A stretch of 64,000 nucleotides of DNA from assembly GCA_029973955.1 (NCBI GenBank), contig JARKQJ010000249.1, positions 19,030-83,029 of the forward strand. The letters run 5' to 3'. Of the stretch, positions 1 through 9,145 are shown piece after piece; the first letter of the stretch is position 1; the number at the start of each line of letters is the position of its first letter. The position numbers and the translations under genes are program-made. Under the pieces are notes generated by a model, which did no database searches, had not been told where the DNA came from, and worked only from the letters and a program-made list of their open reading frames with translations. Origin of the DNA: Paludibaculum sp. (GTDB taxonomy: Bacteria; Acidobacteriota; Terriglobia; Bryobacterales; Bryobacteraceae).

Positions 1-2
1 CG

Positions 3-752
3 GTGGAGAGTGGAGCGGCGCTGCGAGTGAAAGCGCTGGAGGGCGAGGCCCGGCTGCTGGAGCAGAAGAACGCGATTCTGTCGGCTTCGATTCAATTGTC
101 GGATCTGCGGGCGGACCTGCTGGATGCGGTAGGGCTGGCTCCGGAGACGGAGGTAGAGCTGGTGGCGCCGGAGGGTGCGATGCCGGCGGTGGGTTCGATG
201 GAGGAGTTGTCGAAAGAGGCGCAGGCGTCGAGCCCGGAGATCCGGTCGGCGGAGGCGACGGTGGAGAAGGCGCGGCGGGGATTGACGGCGGCGCGGGCGG
301 AGTACATTCCGGAGATTGGGTTGTTCGGGATGCACACGTTTCAGAGCGGGGTGCCGTTCCTGCCGACGAACAACTTCGTGGTGGGGGCGCGGATGACGTA
401 TGACCTGTTTGAGTTCGGGAAGCGGAAGGCGCAGGTGTCGGAGCGGCAGGCGCAGGTGGAGCAGGCGGAGGAGAACCTGCGGCGGATGAAGGCGCGGGTG
501 AGGATCGAGGTAGAGAAGGCGCGGCGGAAGGTGGAGCGGATGGAGGACCTGGTGGTGGTGGCGAGCCGGGCGGCGGAGGTGCGAAGGGAAGCCCGGCGGA
601 TCGCCGCGGACCATGCGGAGCTGGGGACGGCGACGGGGCTTTCGGCGAAGCAGGCGGAGGCGGCGCTGGCGGAGGCGGAGACGAGCCTGCTGGAGGCGCA
701 GATCGGGCTGCGGCTGGCTCATGCGGAGTTGGAGCGGAGTTTGGGCCGGTAA
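3..752 (+). CDS. TolC-family outer membrane efflux protein, 5' truncated by the window edge
   Basis: Helical repeats and the pattern SPEIRSAEA...ARAEYIPEIGL...YDLFEFGKRKAQV typical of outer membrane efflux proteins; ORF runs off the window start. Confidence 0.8.
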   Translation: MESGAALRVKALEGEARLLEQKNAILSASIQLSDLRADLLDAVGLAPETEVELVAPEGAMPAVGSMEELSKEAQASSPEIRSAEATVEKARRGLTAARAEYIPEIGLFGMHTFQSGVPFLPTNNFVVGARMTYDLFEFGKRKAQVSERQAQVEQAEENLRRMKARVRIEVEKARRKVERMEDLVVVASRAAEVRREARRIAADHAELGTATGLSAKQAEAALAEAETSLLEAQIGLRLAHAELERSLGR

Positions 753-832
753 GCGTGGGGACCGGTAAGCCTTGAAGCGGGCCTGAAAATCTGTAATAGT
801 GGCTGCGCGGTTCTGCCGCTGAAGGAGTCACT

Positions 833-2326
833 ATGCCCTGTTGCATGCACGGCCTGACACGGCGCCAGGCGCTGCTTCGTTCGGCGGGATTGCCGATGAT
901 TTCCGCGCTGCCGGCAGCGGCGGCGGGCGCGAGGGCGCCGGGCGAGCGGCGGACGCTGCGAGTGCAGCCGGTGCTGGTGTACCAGATCTTCCAGCGGCGG
1001 CCGCAGACGAGCTGGCGGCCTTGGGGCGGTTTGTTCACTGAGAAAGAGGTGGGAGAGGAGCGGAACCGGATCGGCACGGAACTGGCGGCCGTGGCGAAGC
1101 AGGCGGGCTATCCGGTGGAACTGCTGCCGTTGCGGGAAGTGCGCACGGTGGAGGAAGGCAAGGCGGTGGCGGAGGGGAGTTACGACGCGCTGGTGCTGTA
1201 CCCGGCGTCCGGCTCGGTGCGGCTGCTGGAGAGCGTGGCGCGTCCGGAGCGGCCGACGCTGGTGTTCCTGCGGCACCGTTCGGGGCCGCTGTATGAGTGG
1301 TATGAGATCATTCACCCGCGGTTCCTGCGAAAGACGGTGGACGAGTGGGGTCAGCCGGGCGTGGATGCGAGCGACGTGGTGGTGGACGATCTGAGCGACG
1401 TGGCATGGCGGTTGCGGGCGCTGGGCGGGCTGCACAATACGCGCGGGCACAGGATTCTGTGCCTGGGCGGGGCGAGCGGATGGGGCGCGGGTGGGAGGAA
1501 GGCGCCGCAATCTGCGCGGGAGGTGTTCGGGTTGGATCTGGTGGAGGTCTCCTACGACGATCTGTCGGGCCGCTTGAAGACGGCGCGGGCGGACGATGGG
1601 GTGATGAAGACGGCGCGTTTGCAGGCGGGGGACTACCTGGCCGCGAAGAGCGTGCGGCTGGAGACGAGCCGGGAGTTCGTGGACAACGCCTTTGTGCTGA
1701 CGAAGGTTCTGCGGGACATGCTGAACGAGGCTGGTGCGACGGCGTTCACGATCAACCAGTGCATGTCCACGGTGATGCCGATTGGGCAGACGACGGCGTG
1801 CCTGCCGCTGAGCCTGCTGAACGACCAGGGCTACCTGGCGTTCTGCGAGTCCGACTTTGTGGTGATCCCGTCTGGGATCCTGCTGAACTCGATTGCGAAC
1901 GTGCCGGTGTTTCTGAACGATCCGACGACGCCACACCACGGATTGGTGACGCTGGCGCACTGCACGGCGCCGCGGAAGATGGACGGGAGGAACGCGGAGC
2001 CGGTGCGCATGGTGACGCACTTCGAGAGCGACTACGGGGCGTCTCCTAAGGTGGAGATGAGAGTGGGGCAGAAGGTGACGAACATCGTCCCCGACTTCAA
2101 CTTCAAGAAGTGGGTCGGGTTCGAGGGGGAGATTACGGGCGCGCCGTTTCTGCCGATATGCCGGTCGCAGATCGACGTGGGGATTCACGGCAGCACGGAC
2201 CTGCTGGCGCGGGAGATGCGGGGCTTCCACTGGATGACCTGCTATGGCGATTATCTGAAAGAGACCGGGTATGCGCTGAAGAAGGCGGGGGTGGAATGGC
2301 TGAACGTGTCGGCGCCGGCGGTGTAA
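833..2326 (+). CDS. L-fucose/L-arabinose isomerase-fold protein with a twin-arginine (Tat)-like signal
   Basis: AAGGAG RBS; N-terminal LTRRQALL; motifs TTACLPLSLLND, FCESD, LAHCTAP, CRSQ and GFHW as in the FucI/AraA superfamily. Confidence 0.65.
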   Translation: MPCCMHGLTRRQALLRSAGLPMISALPAAAAGARAPGERRTLRVQPVLVYQIFQRRPQTSWRPWGGLFTEKEVGEERNRIGTELAAVAKQAGYPVELLPLREVRTVEEGKAVAEGSYDALVLYPASGSVRLLESVARPERPTLVFLRHRSGPLYEWYEIIHPRFLRKTVDEWGQPGVDASDVVVDDLSDVAWRLRALGGLHNTRGHRILCLGGASGWGAGGRKAPQSAREVFGLDLVEVSYDDLSGRLKTARADDGVMKTARLQAGDYLAAKSVRLETSREFVDNAFVLTKVLRDMLNEAGATAFTINQCMSTVMPIGQTTACLPLSLLNDQGYLAFCESDFVVIPSGILLNSIANVPVFLNDPTTPHHGLVTLAHCTAPRKMDGRNAEPVRMVTHFESDYGASPKVEMRVGQKVTNIVPDFNFKKWVGFEGEITGAPFLPICRSQIDVGIHGSTDLLAREMRGFHWMTCYGDYLKETGYALKKAGVEWLNVSAPAV

Positions 2327-2379
2327 GGGGGGCGTGCGGTGCAGTGGAACTGGATGGAGCGGAAGATGAGAGAAGGGGG

Positions 2380-2464
2380 TGGTGCGGACGGGGAGGGTCG
2401 AACTCCCATGGGTTTCCCCGCTGGAACCTAAATCCAGTGCGTCTGCCAGTTCCGCCACGTCCGC
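2380..2464 (-). tRNA. tRNA-Leu, anticodon TAG
   Basis: Reverse complement GCGGACGTGGCGGAACTGGCAGACGCACTGGATTTAGGTTCCAGCGGGGAAACCCATGGGAGTTCGACCCTCCCCGTCCGCACCA: cloverleaf, long variable arm, GTTCGA T-loop, encoded CCA. Confidence 0.97.
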
Positions 2465-2478
2465 GCAGCGTCCCTCTC

Positions 2479-2508
2479 AAAATAGCAGTTTTGGCGGGGG
2501 AGGCTCAA
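2479..2508 (-). promoter_or_regulatory. Probable sigma70 promoter of tRNA-Leu
   Basis: TTGAGC-N18-TATTTT with an extended TGn, about 14 nt upstream of the tRNA 5' end. Confidence 0.5.
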
Positions 2509-3056
2509 TCGCCGGCGGCGGCGAAGGCGCGGGGGGCGGCGAGGCGGTAGAGGGGGCGGTTGAGGGGGCAGCCGCAGTGGCCGGATTCGAGCCAGCCGCC
2601 GAGGCCGGCGGCGGGGACCTCAGGGGCGAGGTGAAAGCCGGTGCGGGCCTCGCATTCGAAGGCGAGGAGGCGGCCCGAGGGATCGCGAATCTGTTCCCAG
2701 GCCGGGACGCCGAAGGTGTCCCAGAGTTGGAGGTGTTCGTGTTCGGTGAGGGGGGAGTCCGCCGCAGGGGTGAGGACGATGGTGGGGTAGAGGAGTGCGG
2801 GTAGCGCGAGATCGCCGCGAAGGAGGAGGCGGGCGGCGCGGCGAAGGTCGCGCCAACCGCCGGCTAGCGCCATGGGTCGGAGTTGCATGAGGCTATGGGG
2901 CGTCCAATCGGGGAGGGAGTAGATGCCGGTTTCAGGGCGGAAAGTGGCGCCGAGGACTGCGACGCGAGGTGTGGGGGAGAGGGGGTATTCGAGGCTGGGG
3001 AGGTGCGTGTTCGAATGCAGGAGGCTGCCGATCAGCCTTTCCAGGGCCAGGCGCAT
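2505..3056 (-). CDS. Hypothetical protein resembling part of the phenylacetate-CoA ligase (PaaK) family
   Basis: LWDTFGVPAWEQ...LLAFECEARTGFHL...CGC resembles the central PaaK-like segment; too short for a full ligase. Confidence 0.45.
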   Translation of the reverse strand: MRLALERLIGSLLHSNTHLPSLEYPLSPTPRVAVLGATFRPETGIYSLPDWTPHSLMQLRPMALAGGWRDLRRAARLLLRGDLALPALLYPTIVLTPAADSPLTEHEHLQLWDTFGVPAWEQIRDPSGRLLAFECEARTGFHLAPEVPAAGLGGWLESGHCGCPLNRPLYRLAAPRAFAAAGD

Positions 3057-3121
3057 GGTATGGGAATCCTCACTGACAGAAGTGGCGGCCGGGGCGCATT
3101 CCTCTCCGGGAAAGTGGCCGG

Positions 3122-3790
3122 CTAGACGGAGGTGGAGAGGCGGTTCTGTCCGGTGAGGCCTTCGGCGAGGGCGATCTGGGTGAGGCCGGCGACGTTGTTG
3201 ACGTTGAGTTTGCGCATGAGGGTTTTGCGGTAGCCGCGGACGGTTTGCAGACCGAGGCCGAGGGTGACGGCGATCTCCTTGCTGGTTTTGCCCTCGGCGA
3301 TCATGCGCATGACCTGGAGTTCACGGGGCGTGAGGGCGTCGATGGCGCGATGGTTGTGGGCGCTGAGATCGCCGCGCTGGACGCGGTGGAGGAAGACGTC
3401 GGAGACCTCGGGGCTCAGGTAGGTTCCGCCACGGGCGACGGTGCGAAGGGCTTCGAGGAGTTCGGTGTGGCTGGCTTTCTTGAGGACGAAGGCGCGGGCG
3501 CCTCCGCGGAGGGACTGCACGACGGAGGTTTCATCGTCATACATGGAGAGGATGGCGATGCGGGTATCGGGGAGGCGGCGCAGGATTTCGACGGTGGCCT
3601 CGATGCCGCTCATTTCGGGGAGGCTGAGGTCCATGAGGACGATGTGGGGGCGGAGGGTGAGGGCGAAGCGGACCGCATCGGAGCCTGTTTCGGCTTCGGC
3701 GATGACTTCAAACTCGCCGGAGCCCTTGAGGATGGCCTTGAGGCCGTCGCGCATGATCTTGTGATCGTCGACAAGCAGGATCCTGTGCAT
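3122..3790 (-). CDS. NarL/LuxR-family response regulator
   Basis: REC domain (ILLVDDH, VLMDLSLP, FVLK) plus LuxR HTH (LTPRELQVMRMIAEGKTSKEIA). Confidence 0.95.
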   Translation of the reverse strand: MHRILLVDDHKIMRDGLKAILKGSGEFEVIAEAETGSDAVRFALTLRPHIVLMDLSLPEMSGIEATVEILRRLPDTRIAILSMYDDETSVVQSLRGGARAFVLKKASHTELLEALRTVARGGTYLSPEVSDVFLHRVQRGDLSAHNHRAIDALTPRELQVMRMIAEGKTSKEIAVTLGLGLQTVRGYRKTLMRKLNVNNVAGLTQIALAEGLTGQNRLSTSV

Positions 3791-4335
3791 CAGGCGGTAC
3801 CTCCCGCTTCGATCTTCAGAGTGCCGCCGTTGTGGGTGATGCGCAAGCCGGGGGTGGTAGGGAGGGGCAGGCCAAGGGGCGGCAGAGGGGAGATCTCGAT
3901 GCCTGCGTCGCTCAAAAGGACATGGGGCCGGGTGCTGGTGGTGATCAGCAGGAGGGCGCGGACGGTTTCGAAAGCGGCGGCGGAGGTGGCGTCGTCCCAG
4001 GGGGGGGCGCCGGTGGATTCAAAGTCCGCGGCGAGAGTTGCGGCGATGGACTGGAGGGCGGATTTGAGGCCGCAGCGCATGGCGAGAGCGGGATCGGCGC
4101 TATAGCTGAGGGCGCGTACGGCCGTGACGGCCTGTTCGAGGGCGCGCGCGGCGGAGTGGGCGAGTTCGGCGGTTTCGCCGCCGGATTCCCGGAGCAGGCC
4201 GAGGATGAGGCCGGCGGAGCAGAGGGAGGGGCCCACCTCGTCGTGGAGCGTGCGGCCGACGAGGCGGCGCTCGGCGGCACGGACGCGGGCGAGGAACTCG
4301 AGCGTTCCGGCCGCGGTCTGTTCAGCGACACCCAT
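3790..4335 (-). CDS. Small HisKA_3-type histidine kinase-like protein lacking a sensor and a clear ATPase domain
   Basis: ERRLVGRTLHDEVGPSL H-box; stop overlaps the response regulator start. Confidence 0.65.
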   Translation of the reverse strand: MGVAEQTAAGTLEFLARVRAAERRLVGRTLHDEVGPSLCSAGLILGLLRESGGETAELAHSAARALEQAVTAVRALSYSADPALAMRCGLKSALQSIAATLAADFESTGAPPWDDATSAAAFETVRALLLITTSTRPHVLLSDAGIEISPLPPLGLPLPTTPGLRITHNGGTLKIEAGGTA

Positions 4336-4396
4336 CTCGGCCCATGATAAACGATGCGCCCGCCGCGGGGAAGCGGCAGGCGCACATTTCCGTCGG

Positions 4397-4415
4397 GAAT
4401 TGTTTGAAACAATTC
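4397..4415. promoter_or_regulatory. Perfect AT-rich palindrome, probable transcription factor site
   Basis: GAATTGTTT-G-AAACAATTC between the transketolase stop and the kinase/regulator pair. Confidence 0.5.
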
Positions 4416-4417
4416 AC

Positions 4418-5377
4418 CTATTTCTTGCGGGCAAGGACCTTCTTCGCGGCTGCGACGATCTGGGGGGCGCGGAGGCCGTAGTGATCGAGGAGCTGATCCG
4501 GGGAGCCGGATTCGGCGAATTTGGAGAGGCCGATGAACTCGACGGGGGCGGGCACGGTTTGCGCGAGGGCCTGGGCGACGCGGACGCCGAGGCCGGAGTC
4601 GACGAGGTGTTCTTCGGCGACGACGAAGGCGCCGGTTTCGGCGGAGGCCTTGGCGAGGGTGGCTTCGTCGAGAGGCTTGATGGTGTGGATGTCGATGACG
4701 CGGGCGGAGATGCCTTCGGCGGCGAGAGCGGCGGAGGCGAGGATCGCTTCGGCGACGAGGAGGCCGGTGGCGACGAGGGTCACGTCGGAGCCGGGGGCGA
4801 TTTCGACGGCCTTACCGATCTCAAATTGGGCATCGGCAGGGTAGATGGCGGGCGCCTTGGGGCGGCCGGTGCGGATGAAGACGGGGCCATTGTGAGCGGC
4901 GGCCCATTTGACGGCCCATTTGGTGGAGGCTTCGTCGGCGGGGCAGAGAACGGTAAAGTTGGGCAGCGCGCAGGCGAGGGCGAGGTCCTCCATGCTCATC
5001 TGGGAGGGGCCGTCTTCGCCGATGGAGATGCCGGAGTGGGTGCCGACCACCTTGAGATTGACGTTGGGGTAGGCGACGAGGCAGCGGAGCTGTTCAAAGC
5101 CCTTGGTCATCACGAAGGCGGAGAAGGAGGAGACAAAGGGAATCTTGCCGGCCATGGCGAGACCGGCGCCAACGGCGACCATGTTGGCTTCGGCGATGCC
5201 GCATTCGAAGAGGCGATCGGGGAACTCCTTGGCGAAGTAGGTGGTCATGGTGGACTTGGTGAGATCGGCGTCGCCGACGACGACGTTGGGGTTTTCCTTG
5301 CCGATCTCAACCAGGGCCTTGCCGAACGCCTCGCGCGTGGCGGCGCCCATCTTCTTTTCGTAGGTTTTGACGTCCAT
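4418..5377 (-). CDS. Transketolase, C-terminal (pyrimidine-binding) subunit
   Basis: ATREAFGKAL, GIAEANM, GEDGPSQ, IKPLD, EEH motifs; AAGGAG before ATG 5377 (alternative start 5386). Confidence 0.93.
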   Translation of the reverse strand: MDVKTYEKKMGAATREAFGKALVEIGKENPNVVVGDADLTKSTMTTYFAKEFPDRLFECGIAEANMVAVGAGLAMAGKIPFVSSFSAFVMTKGFEQLRCLVAYPNVNLKVVGTHSGISIGEDGPSQMSMEDLALACALPNFTVLCPADEASTKWAVKWAAAHNGPVFIRTGRPKAPAIYPADAQFEIGKAVEIAPGSDVTLVATGLLVAEAILASAALAAEGISARVIDIHTIKPLDEATLAKASAETGAFVVAEEHLVDSGLGVRVAQALAQTVPAPVEFIGLSKFAESGSPDQLLDHYGLRAPQIVAAAKKVLARKK

Positions 5378-5378
5378 G

Positions 5379-6200
5379 TTAGGCAAGCTCCTTCAGCGCC
5401 AGTTCAACTTCTTCGGGGTTCGGCGTGACGCCGTGCCACTTGGGGTTTCCTTCCATGAAGCTCACGCCCTTGCCCTTGACAGTGTGGGCGATGAGGACGG
5501 TGGGCTTGCCCTTGGTGGCGGCGGCTTCGGCGAAGGCTTTCTGAAGGGCGGCGATGTCGTGGCCGTCGACTTCGAGGGTATGCCAGCCGAAGGCGCGCCA
5601 TTTGTCGGCGAGGGGTTCGAGGTCGAGGATGTCCTTGACGGCGCCGTCGAGCTGGAGCTTGTTGTAATCGACGATGGCGCAGACGTTGTCGAGCTTGTTG
5701 AAGGAGCCGAACATGGCGGCTTCCCAGATCTGGCCTTCCTGGATTTCGCCGTCGCCGAGAATGACGTACGTGCGCCAATCGGCCTGATCGAGGCGGGCGG
5801 CGAGGCCCATGCCGAGGGCGAGGCTGAGGCCTTGGCCGAGAGAGCCGGTGGAGGCCTCGAGGGCGGGGATGAAACGCACGTCGGGGTGGCCTTGGTAGAT
5901 GGAGCCGAGCTTCCGGAGGGAGGTCAAGGCGTCCACGGGGGTGTAGCCGGCTTCGGCGAGCGTGGCGTAGAGGACGGGCGCCGCGTGGCCCTTGGAGAGG
6001 ACGAAGCGATCGCGGCCGGCCCACTTGGGGTTGGCCGGATCGTGCTTCATCACGTCCCAATACAACGTGACTACCGTTTCAACCGCGGAGAGCGAACCAC
6101 CGGGATGTCCCGACTTGGCCGCCCCCGTCATAGAGATGATATGGCGCCGGATCTGTTTGGCGATCAGGGCCAGTTCCGAAGGATTTTGGGTGCGCTGCAT
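5379..6200 (-). CDS. Transketolase, N-terminal (TPP-binding) subunit
   Basis: SGHPGGSLS, DRFVLSKGHA, GHP, STGSLGQG, GDGE...N TPP motif, KGKG. Confidence 0.95.
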   Translation of the reverse strand: MQRTQNPSELALIAKQIRRHIISMTGAAKSGHPGGSLSAVETVVTLYWDVMKHDPANPKWAGRDRFVLSKGHAAPVLYATLAEAGYTPVDALTSLRKLGSIYQGHPDVRFIPALEASTGSLGQGLSLALGMGLAARLDQADWRTYVILGDGEIQEGQIWEAAMFGSFNKLDNVCAIVDYNKLQLDGAVKDILDLEPLADKWRAFGWHTLEVDGHDIAALQKAFAEAAATKGKPTVLIAHTVKGKGVSFMEGNPKWHGVTPNPEEVELALKELA

Positions 6201-6278
6201 AGGAGGGAAACTAGTACTCTATCACAGGGGAAACTGCCATTTCAGAGAAGTGCGTCTAAATCAGGAACGACAGGGAGC

Positions 6279-6315
6279 AAAACAAAAACCCCCGGGGCGA
6301 ACCCCGGGGGCTTTG
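6279..6315 (-). terminator. Intrinsic terminator after the PEP-CTERM gene
   Basis: Minus strand CCCCCGGGG-TTCG-CCCCGGGGG followed by TTTTTGTTTT. Confidence 0.9.
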
Positions 6316-6333
6316 TAAAACAGTAGAGTCAAA

Positions 6334-7008
6334 CTACTTCCGGCGGCGGAGGAAGGCGAGAGCGGCAAGGCCAGCGCCCATGAGGGCGTAGGTGCCGGGC
6401 TCGGGCACTTCAGCGAAGCGGAAGTTGCGGAACGCGGTGTCAGCGTCGGGGTAACCGGACTGATCCAGCGTGAAACCAATAGCGGTGATGGCGGACCAAT
6501 CGAGACCCGGGACAGCCTGCGGAACCACAGCCTGCAGGGTGATCGGCAAGCCCATGTTAGCCAGGGGAACGATGGTAGCGGACCAGGTGGTGTCCGCATC
6601 CTTCACGAAGAAGGTCAGCGAACCGTTCGGATTCGAATAGGTATTCGAAACCAAGTCCAGGCTGAACATATAGGGCAGAACCGACGTGGCGTTGAACGAA
6701 ACGCCGTTGGTGTAGGTGGTAGTGGCACCGCCGGTCACTTCGGTGTTGCTGTTATAGGCCCAGGTTCCGAGCGGGAAGTTGTTGATGCTCAGAGAGGCCG
6801 TGCCGCCGTTGACGACCGTGACACTCGAAGTCCGAGTAAAGCCGCTGGACAAAAGGGAACCCGGAGCAGCGGTGGTTCCAGGGCCTACCTGGGTGATCAG
6901 AACACCGGGGCTAGCCGGTTCCGAAAAGTTGTCGGTCAGGACGATGCTCGCGCCGGAAGCCACGAGGGCAACCGTAGAGAGCACCAATACTCCCAATACC
7001 TTTCTCAT
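6334..7008 (-). CDS. PEP-CTERM sorting domain surface protein
   Basis: Signal peptide MRKVLGVLVLSTVALVASGA; Ser/Thr/Gly-rich body; C-terminal VPEPGTYALMGAGLAALAFLRRRK; GGAGGAGG RBS. Confidence 0.95.
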   Translation of the reverse strand: MRKVLGVLVLSTVALVASGASIVLTDNFSEPASPGVLITQVGPGTTAAPGSLLSSGFTRTSSVTVVNGGTASLSINNFPLGTWAYNSNTEVTGGATTTYTNGVSFNATSVLPYMFSLDLVSNTYSNPNGSLTFFVKDADTTWSATIVPLANMGLPITLQAVVPQAVPGLDWSAITAIGFTLDQSGYPDADTAFRNFRFAEVPEPGTYALMGAGLAALAFLRRRK

Positions 7009-7034
7009 TACGTAATCCTCCTCCAAACGTTTGG

Positions 7035-7121
7035 TAAAAAGTCTTTGTGAGACTCCTGTACAGGTTACATTACCTTAGTCCAGGGATGGAACCTATCTTT
7101 CGATAGGTTCTTTGCTCACAA
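7035..7121 (-). ncRNA. Candidate cis-regulatory structured RNA (riboswitch-like) in the PEP-CTERM leader
   Basis: P1 UUGUGAG/CUCACAA encloses GAACCUAUC-GAAA-GAUAGGUUC and a second hairpin with a CUAAG bulge; overlapping alternative hairpin GAGUCU-CACAA-AGACUU plus U-run. Confidence 0.45.
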
Positions 7122-7228
7122 GTACTAGAGCTAGGGGGATCGGCGGAGTACTTTTCGGAGTGTTCTATCCTTTTGATTTCAAACTTGATCACTTGATTCG
7201 CCGGTACCCGCATGGGGATGCAGGGAGA

Positions 7229-8203
7229 TCAGCCTGCGAGAGCGCGGGCGGCGTCGCAGGCATAGTACGTGAGGATCATGTCGGCTCCGGCTCTGCGGAT
7301 GGCGGTGAGGGACTCGAGCATGGCGCGATGTTCGTCGATCCAGCCGTTCTGGGCGGCGGCTTTGATCATGGAAAACTCGCCGGAGACCTGGTAGGCGGCA
7401 AGTGGGAGGTCCCAGCGGTCGCGGGCCATGCGGACGATGTCAAGGTAGGGACCTGCAGGTTTTACCATGATCATGTCGGCGCCTTCCTCGATATCGAGGG
7501 CGATTTCGCGGAGGGCTTCGCGGGCGTTGGCGGGGTCCATCTGGTAGCTGCGGCGGTCGCCGAACTGGGGGGTGGATTCGGCGGCTTCGCGGAAGGGGCC
7601 GTAGAAGGAACTGGCGTACTTGGCGGCGTAGGAGAGGATGGGGAGGTTCGGGAAGCCGGAGGCGTCGAGGGCGGCGCGGATGGCGGCGACGCGGCCGTCC
7701 ATCATGTCGGAGGGGGCGACGATGTCGGCGCCGGCGCGGGCGTGGGCGACCGCGGCTTCGGCGAGCCAGTTGAGGGTGGTGTCGTTGTCGACGTCGCCGT
7801 TGACGATTTTGCCGCAGTGGCCGTGGGAGGTGTATTCGCAGTTGCAGACGTCGGTGACGACGGTGAGGGCGGGGAGTTCGGCTTTGATGGCGCGGACGGC
7901 GCGGGGGACGATGCCGTCGGCGGCGCGGCCCTCGGTGGCCTCCTCGTCCTTGTGATCGGGGATGCCGAAGAGGATGACGCCGCCGACGCCGAGGGAGTGG
8001 CATTCGGCGCATTTTTCGAGGATGCCGTCGATGGACATCTGCGAGTTGCCGGGCATGGAGGAGATGGGGTTGTTGACGCCCTCTCCTTCCACGACGAAGA
8101 GGGGGAGGATGAAGTCGTCGGGGGCGAGCGCGGTTTCGCGGACGAGGCGGCGCATGGATTCGGAGGAGCGGAGGCGGCGGGGGCGGTGGATGGGGAAGGG
8201 CAT
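7229..8203 (-). CDS. hemB: Porphobilinogen synthase (delta-aminolevulinic acid dehydratase)
   Basis: [20 protein letters not shown] zinc site, [36 protein letters not shown]. Confidence 0.98.
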   Translation of the reverse strand: MPFPIHRPRRLRSSESMRRLVRETALAPDDFILPLFVVEGEGVNNPISSMPGNSQMSIDGILEKCAECHSLGVGGVILFGIPDHKDEEATEGRAADGIVPRAVRAIKAELPALTVVTDVCNCEYTSHGHCGKIVNGDVDNDTTLNWLAEAAVAHARAGADIVAPSDMMDGRVAAIRAALDASGFPNLPILSYAAKYASSFYGPFREAAESTPQFGDRRSYQMDPANAREALREIALDIEEGADMIMVKPAGPYLDIVRMARDRWDLPLAAYQVSGEFSMIKAAAQNGWIDEHRAMLESLTAIRRAGADMILTYYACDAARALAG

Positions 8204-8241
8204 CGAGCCCATTTTATCCCCGGAGCGATAATCGAGATTGT

Positions 8242-8538
8242 ATGGCACGAGAGATGCGCCGGTCGGCGCGCACTTACATCGTCCGGGGCCGGGTGCAGGG
8301 TGTGGGCTACCGGTACTTCGCGCAGCAGTGGGCGGCGGAGATCGGGCTGTCGGGGTGGGTGAAGAACCTGGACGACGGGAACGTGGAAGTATACGCCTGC
8401 GGCACGGCGGCGCAACTGGACGAATATGCGGGGCGGCTGCGGCAGGGTCCGCGGTTTTCCGATGTGCGGGGCGTGGAAGAGCGCGAGGCGGCTGTGCAGT
8501 CTTTGTTACAATCGGATGGGTTCTCGATCAGGCATTGA
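8242..8538 (+). CDS. acyP: Acylphosphatase
   Basis: [11 protein letters not shown] and [13 protein letters not shown] signatures. Confidence 0.93.
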   Translation: MAREMRRSARTYIVRGRVQGVGYRYFAQQWAAEIGLSGWVKNLDDGNVEVYACGTAAQLDEYAGRLRQGPRFSDVRGVEEREAAVQSLLQSDGFSIRH

Positions 8539-8604
8539 GAACCACCGGGTTCTCGATCCGGGGTTGAGGACCACCGGGTTCTCAATCAGGCATTCAGAAC
8601 CTCC
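8518..8604 (+). repeat. Three tandem 29-bp hairpin-forming repeats
   Basis: GGGTTCTCGATCAGGCATTGAGAACCACC / GGGTTCTCGATCCGGGGTTGAGGACCACC / GGGTTCTCAATCAGGCATTCAGAACCTCC. Confidence 0.9.
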
Positions 8605-8625
8605 CCCAAACAAGGCTCCACACAT

Positions 8626-9141
8626 ATGACAGATTTGAAGTCCCTGATCCGCGAAGTGCCGGATTTTCCCAAGCCTGGCATCAACTTTTACGACATCACG
8701 ACGCTGCTCAAAGACCCGGCGGGCTGGCGGGCGACGATCGACGCGCTGAAGGTGCGATATGAGGGCACGGCGATCGACATCGTGGTGGGCGTGGAGGCGC
8801 GCGGATTCTTCTTTGCGCCGGCGATGGCGTATGCGCTGGGCGCGGGCTTTGTCCCGGTGCGGAAGCCGGGGAAACTGCCGGCGGAGACGGTGACGGTGGA
8901 ATACGCGCTGGAGTATGGCACGGACCGGCTGCAGATGCACAAAGATGCCATCCAGACGGGGCAGAAGGTGCTGATCATCGACGACGTGCTGGCGACGGGC
9001 GGCACGGCGGCGGCAGTGGCGGAACTGGTGGAGAAGGTGGGCGGTACGGTGTTGGGTTTAGGCTTCCTGGTGGAGCTGGATTTCCTGAACGGCCGGAAGA
9101 AACTGGAAGGCCGCGAGGTCTTTTCGGTGCTGCACTACTAA
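8626..9141 (+). CDS. apt: Adenine phosphoribosyltransferase
   Basis: [46 protein letters not shown]. Confidence 0.98.
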   Translation: MTDLKSLIREVPDFPKPGINFYDITTLLKDPAGWRATIDALKVRYEGTAIDIVVGVEARGFFFAPAMAYALGAGFVPVRKPGKLPAETVTVEYALEYGTDRLQMHKDAIQTGQKVLIIDDVLATGGTAAAVAELVEKVGGTVLGLGFLVELDFLNGRKKLEGREVFSVLHY

Positions 9142-9145
9142 AGCC

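Noticed and set aside
2326-2464. tRNA-Leu as an island integration site
   Set aside because: No integrase and no duplicated tRNA 3' end seen; flanking composition is unchanged
8518-8604. Possible mini CRISPR array
   Set aside because: Units are directly adjacent with no unique spacers, and no cas genes are in the window; kept only as a tandem repeat
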